The position numbers and the translations under genes were made by a program. Shown here one piece after another: positions 13,399 through 26,908 of a stretch of DNA of 58,000 nt; position 1 is the stretch's first letter, and the number at the start of each line of letters is the position of its first letter. This DNA is from Marsupella aquatica (Eukaryota; Plantae; Marchantiophyta). Location of the stretch: the NCBI GenBank assembly GCA_973895155.1, contig OZ316895.1, positions 23,648,181-23,706,180 of the forward strand. Reading direction: 5' to 3'. Below the pieces are notes generated by a model, which saw nothing but the letters and a program-made list of their open reading frames with translations, had not been told where the DNA came from and searched no databases.

Positions 13399-15750
13399 AT
13401 GGAGCAAGATCTTGACACGATGCACCAGTCAGCTAAGTCGACGAACAGCCTAAGCTTCATGGACTCAGCCGCTGCATTGGCGAAGAGTTCTGACCAGAAG
13501 ATGGCTAATCATGACGACAACTCCGAGTGGGTGAGGGACTCTGAGCTCAAAAATATGAATATGGAGCATTCAAGTCTAGACTCCAACAGACACAGAGAGG
13601 ATCAGACGTCCCTGAGAGACTCCGACAGGATGAGGGAGAAGTCCGAATGGATGTGAGACGCGGCACATAGACATCTGAGTGAGTTGGAGAAAATGAGCGA
13701 CCCTAGAATGGACAGGATGAGTGACTCGGAGAGGATCAGAGACTCAGCAGATACAATGAGTGATATTGATAAGAGAATCAGAAACCCACAGAGATTGAGG
13801 GACTCACAACGGACCAGACAGGAGTCACAGTCTAGAGCAGAGTGGAGCGCAGAAAAGATGAGAGACATTGATTCAGATAGATCCAGAGCCTCGGAGAGAT
13901 TGAGCTCAGGCTCACAGAAGATGAGAGACTCACAGGGAATGATAGACTCTGATATGTCGATGAGAGACTCGCACAGAATGATAGCCTCGGACGGAATGAC
14001 CTACACCCACAGCATTCAGAGAGACTCTCAGATGATACCAAACTCAGACAGGATGATGGACTCAGATGGGTTGAAAGACTCTCAGAACATGAGGACCTCG
14101 CAAAAAAATGGATACAATTAATGCACCATGAGAGGTCAAGTCGACACTTGGAGGAAATGCTGAACTGTGAGAGTAGAAGGGACTCGAACCAGATGATGGA
14201 CCAAAACACAGTCCGAGAATCCGCGGCGAATTTGAGAAATTGCGAATCATGGAGGAGTGCCGCCCTTTGGAAATGCTCAGGACGAGCATTCAGAAATGAT
14301 GCAAGACTTGTACAGCGATAGGACCTCAGGGGGGAGGAGAGACCTAGAAAGCACAAGAGACGCTAACAATATGATGGACTCAGCTCAGATGCACAATAAT
14401 CTTGACGGCGAGAAGGGACTTGGATCAGAGACGATGGGGGATGCAGAACAAATGAACAATCTCCCCAGGAGAGGAGACTTGGAGAGGTCGAGAAACTCTG
14501 CCAACATGCAAGGCTGGGAGCAGACGAGTGCTAATTCTCACACAATGCGAAACTAGAACGCAGCTCGGTCAATGATGGGAAACATGATGGAACGGCAGCA
14601 GTCATCTACAAGTTTCTGCCAAGGAAAAGACTGTCGCAGCAGCAGCGATCGCCGTGGGGCCGGCCATAGGACGGATTCAAGAGCCATGGAGCACGAAACC
14701 ATGCCCCTTAGCTCTAGGCGTTCAGATGCCGAGATGAATATGGGCTCACAATCGGGGAACTCCGAAACTGATTCAATTGACTCCTCTACAGCAGCAGAAA
14801 GATGCTCCGGAATGAAATTGCGACGCTGCTATTGATGGAGAACTTCAAGGCTCTCAGAAAATGCACATCTCCCACAGAAATCATGACTTATCGCTCAGTT
14901 CTCTTGGAGGAGCTGACTGTCGCATGGCCGAGGCCGACAGCAACCCCCGATCGATGGAAACGATGCAATGAACAACACGAGGGAGAATGAGCTCCTGCAG
15001 CAACGGTGACTGTGACACAAATATCGCCCAGAATGAGGAACCCATGGCGGCGAGACAGCATCGGACGCGAAATGATCGAGAGATAATCTCATCTCCAAAG
15101 TGGGTGAAGATGGAGAGAACGACCTCCGCAATGAATGAAGCTGCAAAGAAGATGGCTAACACACAGGAGACCTCGCCGATGGCCAACCAAGGAATGACCA
15201 AATGTACAGCTGCCGGGGCTATGGAGGCCAGCCGAGATGGGCATTTTGGCCCTATTGATGCGGAAAGGAGGAGTTCAAACATGCGGGGCTCGACCTCGAA
15301 CCGCTTGACCAGGTCCACCGCGGAGATCACTGGCGCAAGTTCATGTACCAATGGAGTTGACTGCCAGATCGGAGGACCTCCGGGGCCGTGCATATGAGCG
15401 GGAGGGATTCAGAAATGATCGGACGTAGGGACGAGTCAGAAATAATGGAACGTAGGCATGCTCAGGAAATCACTGGCCGAAGTTCATGCACTAATGGGGC
15501 AGACTGCAGGAGTAGCTCCGAGATCATGCACTTGAACCCAAGGGATTCAGAATTCATGGGACATAGTGATGAGAGATCATTGATGGCCAAAGTACATGCA
15601 TGAATGGAGCGGACTGCCGCAGTACCTCCGGAACTATGCACATGAGCCGAAGGGATTCAGAAATGATGGGCCGTAGGGACGATTCAGAAATGACCCACAC
15701 TGGTTCGAACTGTAGTCGGAAGAATGGAGACCTGCCGATGGACCAAGAGA
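13399..15750 (+). pseudogene. Decayed low-complexity S/D/R/M-rich repeat protein gene of unknown family
   Basis: Chain of + strand ORFs (13399, 13684, 14121, 14257, 14572, 14987, 15388, 15600) with ~7-aa MRDSxRM-type repeats and later CTNGADCRS/RDSEMxGRRD repeats; in-frame TGA at 13654 and a frame change near the A-run at ~14102. Confidence 0.55.
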
Positions 15751-16435
15751 TGGAATTGCGGCTGCTTTGGACGATTTACACCAGGGATGGAACCAGCAAA
15801 TTATACATAGGGATGTCAAGGCCAGCAACATCATGTTGACCGAGGTGTGGAATGCAAAGTTGGGAGATTTTGGTCTTGCTCGTTTGGTCGATCATCAAAA
15901 GGAACCAGTCTCAACTATGATGGCGGGAACCTACGGTTATATCGCCCCAGAAGTAGCCACGACTGGGAAGCTCACATCTAAAACAGATGTTTTTGCATTT
16001 GGTGCAGTCGTCTTAGAGGTTGCATGCGGACGGAAAGCATTGTCTGTCAATCTCCCAGAAGACGAAATCATTCTTGTGGATTGGGTATGGCATCATCTGA
16101 GTGTGGGTGACCTGATGAGTACAGTGGATAAACGACTCGGCGAAGACTATGATTCCGAGTGGATGGAAGTCCTGTTGATCATTGGATTACTCTGCTCTCA
16201 TCCAAGCCCTCTGGCTCGACCTTCTATGGGGCATGTTGTCCAAGTGCTTGCTGGAGATGCTCCGGTCCCTTCAATCCCAGCCTCCAAGCCTTTTTCTGGA
16301 AGTGCATGTGATGAATACACTAGCACAAGTTCCGAATCTCACTTAGGGTCGACGTCATCAGTATCTACAGGCACATCTGTCGCAGCACAATGGTCCACAG
16401 TACAGTCGTTTGAGACTTCTTCGAGTTCCAACTGA
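15751..16435 (+). pseudogene. 5'-truncated duplicate of the LecRK kinase C-lobe
   Basis: Almost identical to 3232-3916 (Y>D, E>V, FTT>LTS); lacks Gly-loop and VAVKK; joined out of frame to the upstream repeat ORF. Confidence 0.9.
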
Positions 16436-18742
16436 CAGTAAAGATAGAGTTGGCATCACTGACTACCTCGAACCGCCATTTAGTCTCAATCAATACTAGC
16501 TAGGTCTGACATGACTTTCTGCATTTTAGTTACTGGCTCAGGTCAATTCAAGACCCAGAGTCTTGGGTTAGAGTGAGCCCAGTTAGAGAAGGCTATCAAG
16601 GACGAGTTGGCTCTTATAAGGACCTGGTTGGTGCTATAATACGTGGTTTGATGGTCTCTGCCCTCAAATCTCCAAAACAATTGGAGCATCGAGTCCTTTT
16701 ATCACTTGACGGAAATTCTCAAGTTTTAAGGTCGAGAGTTGATGGCCAGCCGTGCCATTCACTCTCTCTCAAGGAGCCATACATAAGTAGTGACGGGGTG
16801 AGGGCACGGGTGAGGGATGATGAAAGAGCGTCCTAATCTGTGTGATCCCAAGTTTTGAAGGCAAGCAGTCTACAGTAAGCTGAATGTATGTTGAAGACAA
16901 TCCGTGCAACTCCTGACATACAATTCTTTTAGTGACTGCCGTGAGAAGGAAGTCCTAGCAACTACAGTACCTGAACTTTTGAATGCAAAAGAAGTTGTAG
17001 AGATATTTTAACTGTCTATCTACTGTAGCTTAGTTCGAACTTCTTGAAGTATTTGGTGTATTAATCTAGCTGTGTTCCGAACTGAGACTGACTAAGTTGC
17101 CAATTCAACTTTATTGTTCCAGTCGTCAAATGTACAATGGCTTTCAACATTGATTGGGCTCGCAGTAAGTAGTGATAGAATTATTGCGATTTCAGATGTT
17201 TTTAGTCTACACACTTATACCCAGTATATGCAAGAGCGTCCCTTCCCGTGTCGCTTACGGGCAAGGGTGTCAATGTATGCTGGCACCCTCATCATGCACT
17301 TTCGGACGAACAAGATTTCCTGTATGTTGGCACCCCGCATCATGATGTTTTGGAAGAACAAGATTGCTAATTCGCTAATATTTAGTAATGAATAACACAC
17401 GATCAATCGTGTGATGACGTGCATGGTACATAAAAACTGTTGCACCGGCTTAAGATGAAAGTCTTAATTTTTGTCACTTGTGATGGTCTGGGATGGAAGC
17501 AACTAAGGAAGGCCCCCAAACGGCTTGCATGCTGACCAGAAGTTCAATTCTTTCTGGTGAATGCACCTTTCGGGTAGGTGCACATGAACATAGTGCATTT
17601 GTGTTATGTGGCAATTATCAGCAGGTTAAACATAATTATTTCATACCAGGCATGATAAACCCAATTGTTCTTATTTACTCCGTGAATGTTGTTCCTTCAC
17701 ATATATATCTGGTTGTGGCTTTTTGATGTGCATTTATGGTGCCCGGTGCATGTTCAATTTGTGATTGGTAACTTTTTGTAGGGTATTAACAGTTGGTTGG
17801 GTGCAGGGATGTACGTGGACATAGTTTTGTCATCCACTGTGCAATTCAAGTTAAAAAAAACGTGACGATTTGAAAAAATTTAGAAAAAATTCAGATCTAA
17901 CTTTGACAAAGATGACAATGAAGAATCCTTTCCTGTGGCTCCCTTTTCTCCACTCCACTCCACGCACTCTTTTTGTTGTTTGTGGAGCTGAATTGAGTAT
18001 TGATGTTTTTATAGTTCGCCTTCTTTCGTGGGCTGGATGAGGCTAGTTTGGGGTCACTCAAATGTTCCAGCTCATCATGTACAAACAAGAATAGATTGAA
18101 TTTTAATTGCATTACCAACAAAATTTATTAGTCTTCCTTCGGACCTGTTCAGTGCTTTGTTGCACATGACATGAATTTTTTGGGAAGTGAGAGCCCTAAG
18201 GAGTCAAAAGCCCGCCAGAGATGGAGGGCATTCATTTGAAGCTTGGAAGGGAAGGCAATATATAGTGGTCGGGGAGATCAAGGATGAGAAGGCTGTGTAT
18301 GGTTATTCAAAATGGATCCAATGGGTATTTGTGAATGTCATGGTTTTTGTTTTTTTTATGTTTGAAAGGACAAGAATTAAGGAAAACAATGGCTCGGGCT
18401 TCTTGAGATAGAAATGTGACCAAAAAGTTCCAAAGTTGCAGAACTCAACTATTTTAACATTTAGCTCTGGTGTGGCTGACTTCGACGCCGAGCTCCTCTA
18501 TGATCCAAACCCCCGGAACAACCCTCCGGTGGGAACTAAATAATTATGGGGAGACTAGTGGGCAACGAGGGGTTGCACTAGCAAAGATAGGACGCTAAGT
18601 TGATGATGCACACTAAGGCCTTAGTCTCCACTGAATGGCCGTTCACCCCATCTGGCCATCCATTGGGGCCGTTTGAGAAGGCTTGGGGCCATAGATGTGG
18701 TTCCGGATGACCCCCCAAAATGGCCCCATCTGGCCACCCTTC

Positions 18743-19085
18743 GGGCATCATCTGAGTGTGAGTGACTTGATGAGTACAGTGGATAAACCACTGGGCGAAA
18801 ACTATGATTCCTAATGGATGGAAGTCCTGTTGATCATTGCATTACTCTGCTCCCATCCAAGCCCTCTGGCTCGACCTTCTATGAGGCATGTCGTCCAAGT
18901 GCTTGCTGGAGATGCTCCGGTCCCTTCAATCCCAGCCTCCAAGCCTTTTTCTTTAAGCATCTAACGAATACACTGGCACAAGTTCCGAACCTCAATTAGG
19001 GTCAGCGTCACCAGTATCTACAGGCCTATCTGTTACAGCATTACGGTCCACTGTGCAGTCGTGTTAGACTTCTTGAGTTCCAACT
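18743..19085 (+). pseudogene. Third, more diverged copy of the LecRK C-terminus; homologous 3' flank continues to ~20250
   Basis: ggcatcatctgagtgtgagtgacttgatgagtacagtggataaa aligns to ~3570-3915, with TAA at 18812 replacing GAG. Confidence 0.85.
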
Positions 19086-20155
19086 CTTTACTGTCAGAGC
19101 ACATTCGCACGGGTGATCGACTAAATGGCGGCTTAGAGGTAGTCAGTAATGCCCAACTTTGACGTCGAATGTATGGGTCGATGACATCTAGCTAGTCTAT
19201 GCTAAGACCATCTCCAAAGGTTACTAGTTTTGTTGTCTAAGGAGTAACTACCAGGTCTGACATAACTTTCGGCATTTTAGTTACTGGGTTCAATCGACAC
19301 CCAGTTAGAATAAGGCCATCTAGTACGGGTTGGAGATCCTCTAAGAAAGGCCTGGTCAGTCTTAATACGGGGTTTGATGGCTCGTCCCTCAAATCTCCAA
19401 GAGAATTGGAGATATGTACAGTAGTCCTTTCATCACTCGCCGGCATTCTCAGTTTTAGAGTGGAGAGTTGATGGCCAACCCTGCCATTCACTCTGAGTAA
19501 AGGAGCCCTGAAATCGGCACGGTTGAGGGGTGAGGGAAGAGGGCCCTAGCTAATCCGTGTTGATCCCAAGTTTGAGGGCAAGCAGTCTACAGTCCGCTGA
19601 AGATTATTATTGAGTCTTAAATAGGACATACAATTTCTATTAGTGAGTGCGGTGGGAAGGGAAGTCCTAGCAACTACAGTACCTGAACTTTTGAATTGAA
19701 AAGAAGACTGTTAGTACAGAGATTATAACTGATCTATATACTGTAGCTTACTTCCAACTTCTTGAGGTATTTGGTGTTTTAATCTAGCTGTGTTCCGAAT
19801 TGAGACTGACCAAGTTTCCAATTCAATTTTTATATTTCGTAATTGTACACTGGCTTTCAACATTGACTGAGCCATATAGCAGTAGGCAGTGATAGAAGAA
19901 TTGCGATTTCAGATTTTTTGTATGCAGAGAGATTATAACTGATCTATCAACTGTAGCTAAGTTGCAGCTTTTGAAGTATTTGGTATTTGAATCTACTGTA
20001 ACTGTGTTCCGCACAGGGACCGGCTAAGTTTGCAATTCAACGTATTTTGCTCAAAGATGTACAAAGCCTTTCAACATTGAATTGAGCTCGCAGTACGTCG
20101 TGATAGAATTTTAGAACTGCGATTTCAGATGTTTGTAGTCTACATACTTACAGCC

Positions 20156-20157
<2 letters not shown>

Positions 20158-20203
<46 letters not shown>
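20158..20203. repeat. (TA)n microsatellite
   Basis: Uninterrupted TA run. Confidence 0.95.
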
Positions 20204-20205
<2 letters not shown>

Positions 20206-20406
20206 AGAGCGTCCCCGTGCCTCATCGTGATTTTTTGGAAGAACAAGACCCCCTCATCCAGCCCAGGCATGGGAGAATACCTAAGTAAAGCAAACTAGAA
20301 AAACATCAACACTCAGTTTCTCCACAAACAATGAGAAGGGGGAGTGGAGTGGAGTGGATGCTTCACCGTCGTCATTGTCAAAGTTAGATAAATATGAGTT
20401 TTTTCT

Positions 20407-20589
20407 GAGGTATATGCTTAGTAGACCTCCTTCTGGAAAAAGTTTGGCTGCTTAATCAACCCCCTCGATACTTTTCCTTAATCTGGACCGTTGATGGACC
20501 TTTCGATCTCAGATCTGGGCCGTTCATAGACCTCAGGGGGTCGATCAAGTAACAAGTTTCATTTTGGGGGTCGATCAAGAAAATATCTC
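20407..20589. mobile_element. ~180-bp MITE with GAGGTAT-type TIRs and a ~9-bp TSD (Mutator-like)
   Basis: Flanks gttttttct and attttttct (8/9); close homolog at 43191-43368. Confidence 0.75.
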
Positions 20590-22668
20590 ATTTTTTCTAA
20601 ACCTTTTCAAATGGTCACTTTTGGCACTCTAACGCAGAACCATGGTGCAGTATGCTGTGGAAGACAAAGTATGTCCACATCCTCATGTATATGGATTGTG
20701 ATTTGCGACTCCCTACCTCCAATCTGTATGGTAATAGGTCGATGCAATAGTTTTCATGTACCATGAACGTCATTACACAATTCATCATGTGTTATTTATT
20801 ATTGAGTCTTAAAGATATCTTAAAATCTTTTTCTTCCAAAACATCATGATGCGGGTGCCATCTATCACCTACAAACAAGAATTAATAGATTTTTTATAAT
20901 TGCATTTCAAAGAAAATCAGTAATTTAGATGGAAGAACATTCAACAGGGGCCATTAAATTCAAATTTAAGAATGATAGGGTATGCTTATGAGGCAATTCT
21001 TCCATCATGGAAGTAGTAGTCTAGAAGAATTAGGACATGTTTTCCCTCTCTATCAGACATGCCATGTGTCATCGTAGTTTGGGCCGCAGGAAATTGGACC
21101 GGAGGAAACATAAAGGGGGTAGGAGGAGGCGGTAAGGTGTTGTTTTTGTGGAGGCTCACTTTGACTAATAAGTACACTCAAAATAACTCTCATAGTAAGT
21201 TGGGTTTTGTAAATACCATTGGATCCTGTTTCATTTGTGATTTTTATTGTTTGGTAGGTACTACCCTAATTAATGCACCATTGGATTTGAGACCCTAATT
21301 AATCTCCCGGATTAAACTCTTTGGTCACTGCTCAAAGTTTGCTGTCAGGGCTCTGTCACACCTTGGAGCTCTTTGGTCACAACTCTATCTCCAAAAGACC
21401 AATGAGCCACTATTTTCTTCTTGTCCTCTCCAAAATGCTACAAAACTGAAACCACAGACTACATTTGTACAGTTGGATCCATTTCAAATGGTCCTACATG
21501 GCCTTCACATATGTAGTTGTGGTTCCATATAATGTAGGATAAGCAACAGGTTAGGTTGAAAGTGCCCTCAACTTTTGTCTTTAAGTGAAGAGCAACAGTT
21601 TCTCCTCGATGGAGGGCCCCAATCACATCTTGGCCAGAGACCAGAAAAAAGTTGCAAGTAGAAGCTAGAGTTGGGGTCTAGGCTTCTAGAGTGAAGCCTC
21701 TACACCATGACTATAGGGCCCCACCATATGTATGTGAATAGGAAGAACCATGGGATGTCATGTATGTAAAAAGATAATCATGCATATTAATATTCAAAAA
21801 ATGGGCATTCAGGCTCCTGTCTTGTAAAGCCAGCCTAATAGGTACTCTCTCTTTTCTAAGAATGGGAACTATGCTTTAGGGTCAGAGAAATCATGATGCA
21901 ATCTCAGCAGGATTCATTGGACTCTTTGAGGAAAGCATAAGGTAAGGGCGGAGTTTTGAATGGAATGAAAGGAGCCAATAAAGAATTGATGGAAAGAACA
22001 ATGAAAGGAAAGATGAATGTCACTCACTCAGTCTCTTCGAAACATGCTACTGTGTATGTATGAATTCGTCTTTGAATTTTCATTTGGACACCTTAAGGAG
22101 GTTGACAATTACAACTTTAGCAGTTCAATAGAGCTCTTACTAACATTATGTGTGATCAATCTATTCGCCAGGGTTGACATCTTCCTAGTAGTGCAATGTC
22201 ATCCAAGTTCTGGTCAGAGCATGATCATTCTTCAAACTTTTCCAAAGATGTTGGAAGCTGTTCATGGCAACAAAACTTGAGGCGATCATAAACAAGGAGT
22301 TTCTTTTCCCTCCATCATCATGGTGCTCTTCACCTGAATGCTTGATCTCTCCCCTTTGAACTTCCACTCACTGAGGATTTAAATGTTTCTATATTGGAGT
22401 GCGAATTTGCTCAGGGCCAGTTAACTACAACTGCACCTATAAAGAGCCATGGAGCTTCTGATGGCTAAATTTTGATTCTAGATCTTACTATGGTTAAGTT
22501 GGTGGACTTTCATTGTTTAACGAAAAGAGTTGCATTCTACCCTAGTAATGAAAATAAAAAGTCTGCCATCCTATATAATGAAGTAACTTTACACAAAAGT
22601 ATGGCAATGTAACCAATCTCAACTGTGAAGGATGTTCCATCAATTAAGGCCAGCCTCCAAACTTGTGT

Positions 22669-24930
22669 AAAGATGATGGGTGTTGTTTGTGGTGAGGCGT
22701 CAATCACCAAAATGGGGTACATTTTCCCTCAATTATGGTGATCTTCACCTGTCAGGCAATCTACTGTCTCAGGGATCATATTGATCTCCAACTTGCTGTA
22801 AAGCTTGTTGCACGATTACTGTTCAAGCTCAGTCACCATCATGATCCTGTTGCTTGAAGTGGTCTCTTGAGCTCTAACTTTAACGGATTTGAATCGCTGG
22901 TGATCTCTTCCACTCAGAAAACAATATAGCCGCGGTGTTAACGGTAGGCTGGAATGGTGAATCACAAATTCTCCGCCTCTGATATTCCCACAAATTGGAG
23001 ATGAAGGAATGGAGGAATGCCTTTGAATATGGTGCCCTTCATATCTTGCTCGATCTTCAAAGAATTAAGCATCAAGTGAGGATCATATTCAAGGAATGGA
23101 GGAATGCCTCACTATCAATCCATAGAATGATCTACTTTGTAAAGATGATGGGTGTTGTTCTTGGTGAGGCATGAATCACCAAAATGGGGTACCCATTCCC
23201 TCAGTCATGGCGATCTTCACCTGTCAGTATGACAATCGACTGTCCCGGGGAACACATTGATCTCCATCTTGCTGTAAGAATTGTTGCATGATTTCCGTCC
23301 AAGCTCATCTATCACATTCTTTTGCTTGAAGTGGTCTCGTCATCTCTAAATTCGAAAGACTTGCTTCGCTGCAAGACAGTCATCTCGTCCGCTCAGAAAA
23401 CTATATCCGTGGTGTTAACAGATAGCTGGAATGGTCAATCTCCGGCTCTGATATTCTCCCAAATTCTATGTCGATCCATAGAAGGATCATTTCTGTAACG
23501 TATGGTACTGGGTGTTGTCGGTGTGAGTCCTGATCATCAAAATGGGGTACCTATTCCTTCAGTGACGGCGATCTTCACATGTCAGTGTAGCTGAGGATCA
23601 CATTTCCTTCCATTGATCTCCAATTCAGTTGCTGTTAGGATTGTTACACATTTTGGATCTAACGACATTTTCTTCATACTGTCACTTGAAGTGGGCTCTT
23701 TCGCCATGGATCGGAAGTAATTCGCTGCAAGCGATCTCTTGCGGTTAGAAACTATTTCTGTAATTTAACGGCTGCCTGGATGGTCAGTCTGAAAGTTTCC
23801 GCAGCTGTTATATTTTCACAAAGTGGAGGTAAGGAATGGAGGAATGCCGTAGTATGATCTACTTTGTAAAGATGATGGGTGTTGTTGGCGGTGAGGCCTG
23901 AATCATGAAAATGGGGGTATCTATTCTTTCATTGTTGGCCATCTTCACTTGTCATTGTGAAATTCTAGTGTCCCAGTGAGGGGGATCACTTTTCCCTAAC
24001 CTCAAACTTGCTGTTAGAATTGTTGCACAATTTCGATCAAAAAGTTGTGAATGACCAAAACATGACAGAGTTTCGTGGGATCACATTTTCCTCTATATTG
24101 CATCGAAGATAGTTCATTAATTTTGAGCGTCGCATGAAGATCATGGGTGTTCTTGACAGCAAGGCCAGAAGCACCAAAATATACTATAGTTCCAGACCTT
24201 GGATGATGTCGATTCTGACTGTTCCATCAACCATTGGCCAAAGATCACAGTATCTGATATTGTGATTAAAGCATATTTACTATGTCACACCAAGATCACC
24301 CTCTGCAGGAAAAAATCAGTGATTGTGCCCCTTCACATCTTCTTTGATCTTCCACTCTCATCTTACACTGAGTGAGGATCATATGCAAGGAATGGATCAA
24401 TGTCAATCCCTATAATCATTATCTATTTTGTAAAGATGATGGGTGTTGTTGCCGACGTGGCCTGAGTCATCAGAATGGGGGATCCATTCCTTTCAGTCAT
24501 GGCGATCTTCACTTCTCAATGTGAAACTCCAGTGTCTCAAGGATCACATCTCTCCCCATTGACCTCCAACTTGCTGTCAGATTAATTTGTCAGTTGCACA
24601 ATTTCAATCCAGATTCAATTTTTGCGTACAATGGCTTGGAGTGGTCTCTTACGTTAAGGATTTGAAAGAGCTTCACTTGAAGTGGTCTCTTAAGCTCTGA
24701 AAACAAATTTTGTTTGTCTTTCTAACAACAGTCTGGAATGGTCAATCTAGATTTTCCCGCCTCTGCTCAGTTTAAAATTCTTGTAGATGAAGGAATTATG
24801 GCGGAAATCAATGTCTCAATGATGATCCATAGAATGATCTAATTAGCTACTTGGTAAAGATGCTGGGTATTGTTGACCAATTGTGCTGCATTTAACATTG
24901 TTGAGTGAGGATCATCCCCAATTTCCAGAG
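22669..24930. repeat. Second copy of the 472-bp-type degenerate array
   Basis: Unit starts at 22669, 23141, ~23500, 23868, ~24136, 24432 and 24856. Confidence 0.85.
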
Positions 24931-26329
24931 CTCGTCTTACGTGTTTGTTTCCTTCAATCTACTATTCTGGACAGCAAGATATTGATATCATGTTCAGCGC
25001 TGAAGTCCCAATAATGTTTGCTATTGTCACCTACATAGTGATGTCAACTCTGGAGAAAATGCTTCGAGTCATAAGACAAGCTCTTCAGATCGATCTTATA
25101 CTAAATGAAACACCGGCGCTCGAGATGGTAGAAACTTTGGGAGTCCTGTCAGTCCCAATGTGGCCGTTCGTGCAATGATGACAATGTCGAGCGGTGAGCC
25201 CAATCGATGTGGCCAAGCGACGTGCGTCATTTGGTATATGTAGGTCGGAGGGTCACTTCAATCCGTGGAGAAATTTTGGGGCATGACTGTTGGACGATCC
25301 TGTCTGTTGAACGATGTTTGCAATGTGACTGTTTGTGCAGTCATGACGATCTCTAGCGGTGCGCTCAATCGATGTGCCCAAGCAACATGCTTCATCTAGT
25401 ATCACTTCAACCCGTGGAAAGATTTTTTGGGCATGACTACTGAGCAGTCGTATCTGTCCGAGTCATGTTCTTCAATGAAGCTGACTTCATCCATGAGGGT
25501 TGGCATTTTGTTTAATCGATCCTACTTGTTCTTCTACCTACCGTCAGAGGTTAGTACACTCTACCGTGTCTAAGTGCACCGTGTATAACTGCATTCCATG
25601 GGTAACTGCAGGGTGGTTGTGTCGTCCCTCAATATTATAGCAAACAGCTTTTTACTAAACTACCCCCCAAACTGGTAGTTATTGGGATACTGCCCCCAAA
25701 ACTAAAACATTTAGTATGCTGCCCCCCCAAATCGCATCCCATCACTTTTAACATGAGTACTTGACCACTGCTGTGTTCCAATTGGCCAAAAAGTAACCAT
25801 AGTCAATGACCTAAGGTCAACCTTACCACAGTATCGTCTTCACCCGAGCCCAAGGCGCAACCGTGTTCGTGCAATGATGACAATGTGGAGCGGTGAGCCC
25901 AATCGATGTGGCCAAGCGACGTGCGTCATTTGGTATCTGTAGGTCGGAGGGTCACTTCAATCCGTGGAGAAATTTGTGGGCATGACTGCTGGACGATCTT
26001 GTCTGCCGGGCGATGTTCACAATGTGACTGTTTGTGCAGTCATGACGATCTGTAGCGGTGCGCCCAATCGATGTACCCAAGCGACGTGCTTCATCTCATA
26101 TCTCCACTTTGGACAGTCACTTCAATCCATGGAAGGGTTTTGGGGCATGACTGCTGAATAATCGTCTGTGTCCGAGCCATGTTCTTCAATGAAGCTGATT
26201 TCATCCATAAGGGTTTATATTTTGTTCTTTTTGTGTTTTTAATAGGGGAAATCTGTCAAACCAGTAATATGCAAAAACAACATTTGAACCTAATACCTAT
26301 TAATTTTATGGGCTAAGCTTGTTCTACAC

Positions 26330-26908
26330 TTTTTTACTAAACCTATGCCCCAAACTGACCATAGTTATTAGTCTGACCCCAAACTATTTTAACTCCTAAG
26401 TGGAACCTCTTTTTGTATATGGGTTTATTTTAACACTTGTACTTAACCCGAGTGATTAATTCCCTATTGCTCACATGACACATGGCAAGGCACTATTGGT
26501 CGCATCAAACCCTGGCCTGTTCTTCCCTAACCCGGGCCAACTCCTTCTTGTCAGGACAATTGCAATAAAGCAGCCCCGAGCCCGGCTTCCTCCTTGTCCC
26601 AATGCACCTGCAAAGGCAGGCCTAATTTTGTCCCTTCCTTCCCTTCGGAACCCCCTTCCTTCCCAACGTCCAGTTTTTAAAAATGCTAGCAGGCCGGCTT
26701 GATCCTGCAAAGGCATGATTGACTGACAACATGGCCGTCCCTTCCTGACTTCCCTTTGTGTCCAAGTTAGGGTAGAACAAGCCGGGGTTTGATGCGGCCA
26801 TACCCTTCGGGCTGGTTAAGTACAAGAGTTAAAAGTAAACCCATATATGAAAGTTTGGGTGACAGGTTGGTAATTATGGTCAGTTTGGTGGATAAGTTAG
26901 TAAAAAAA
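26330..26908. mobile_element. Foldback, Mutator-like non-autonomous element with long imperfect TIRs
   Basis: ttttactaaacctatgccccaaactgaccata...tatatgggttt...cttgtacttaacc...cgcatcaaaccctggc pairs with gccggggtttgatgcg...ggttaagtacaag...aaacccatata...tatggtcagtttgg...ttagtaaaa; a related single end lies at ~25650. Confidence 0.75.

Larger units (their letters stand above)
15751..25640 (+). repeat. Segmental duplication, copy 2, with extra segments at ~17754-18175 and ~18710-20700
   Basis: Collinear with 3232-10517; homology ends inside the TA-MITE at ~25640. Confidence 0.9.

Noticed and set aside
15600-16435. Functional repeat-protein/kinase fusion gene
   Set aside because: The junction is out of frame and the kinase N-lobe is missing
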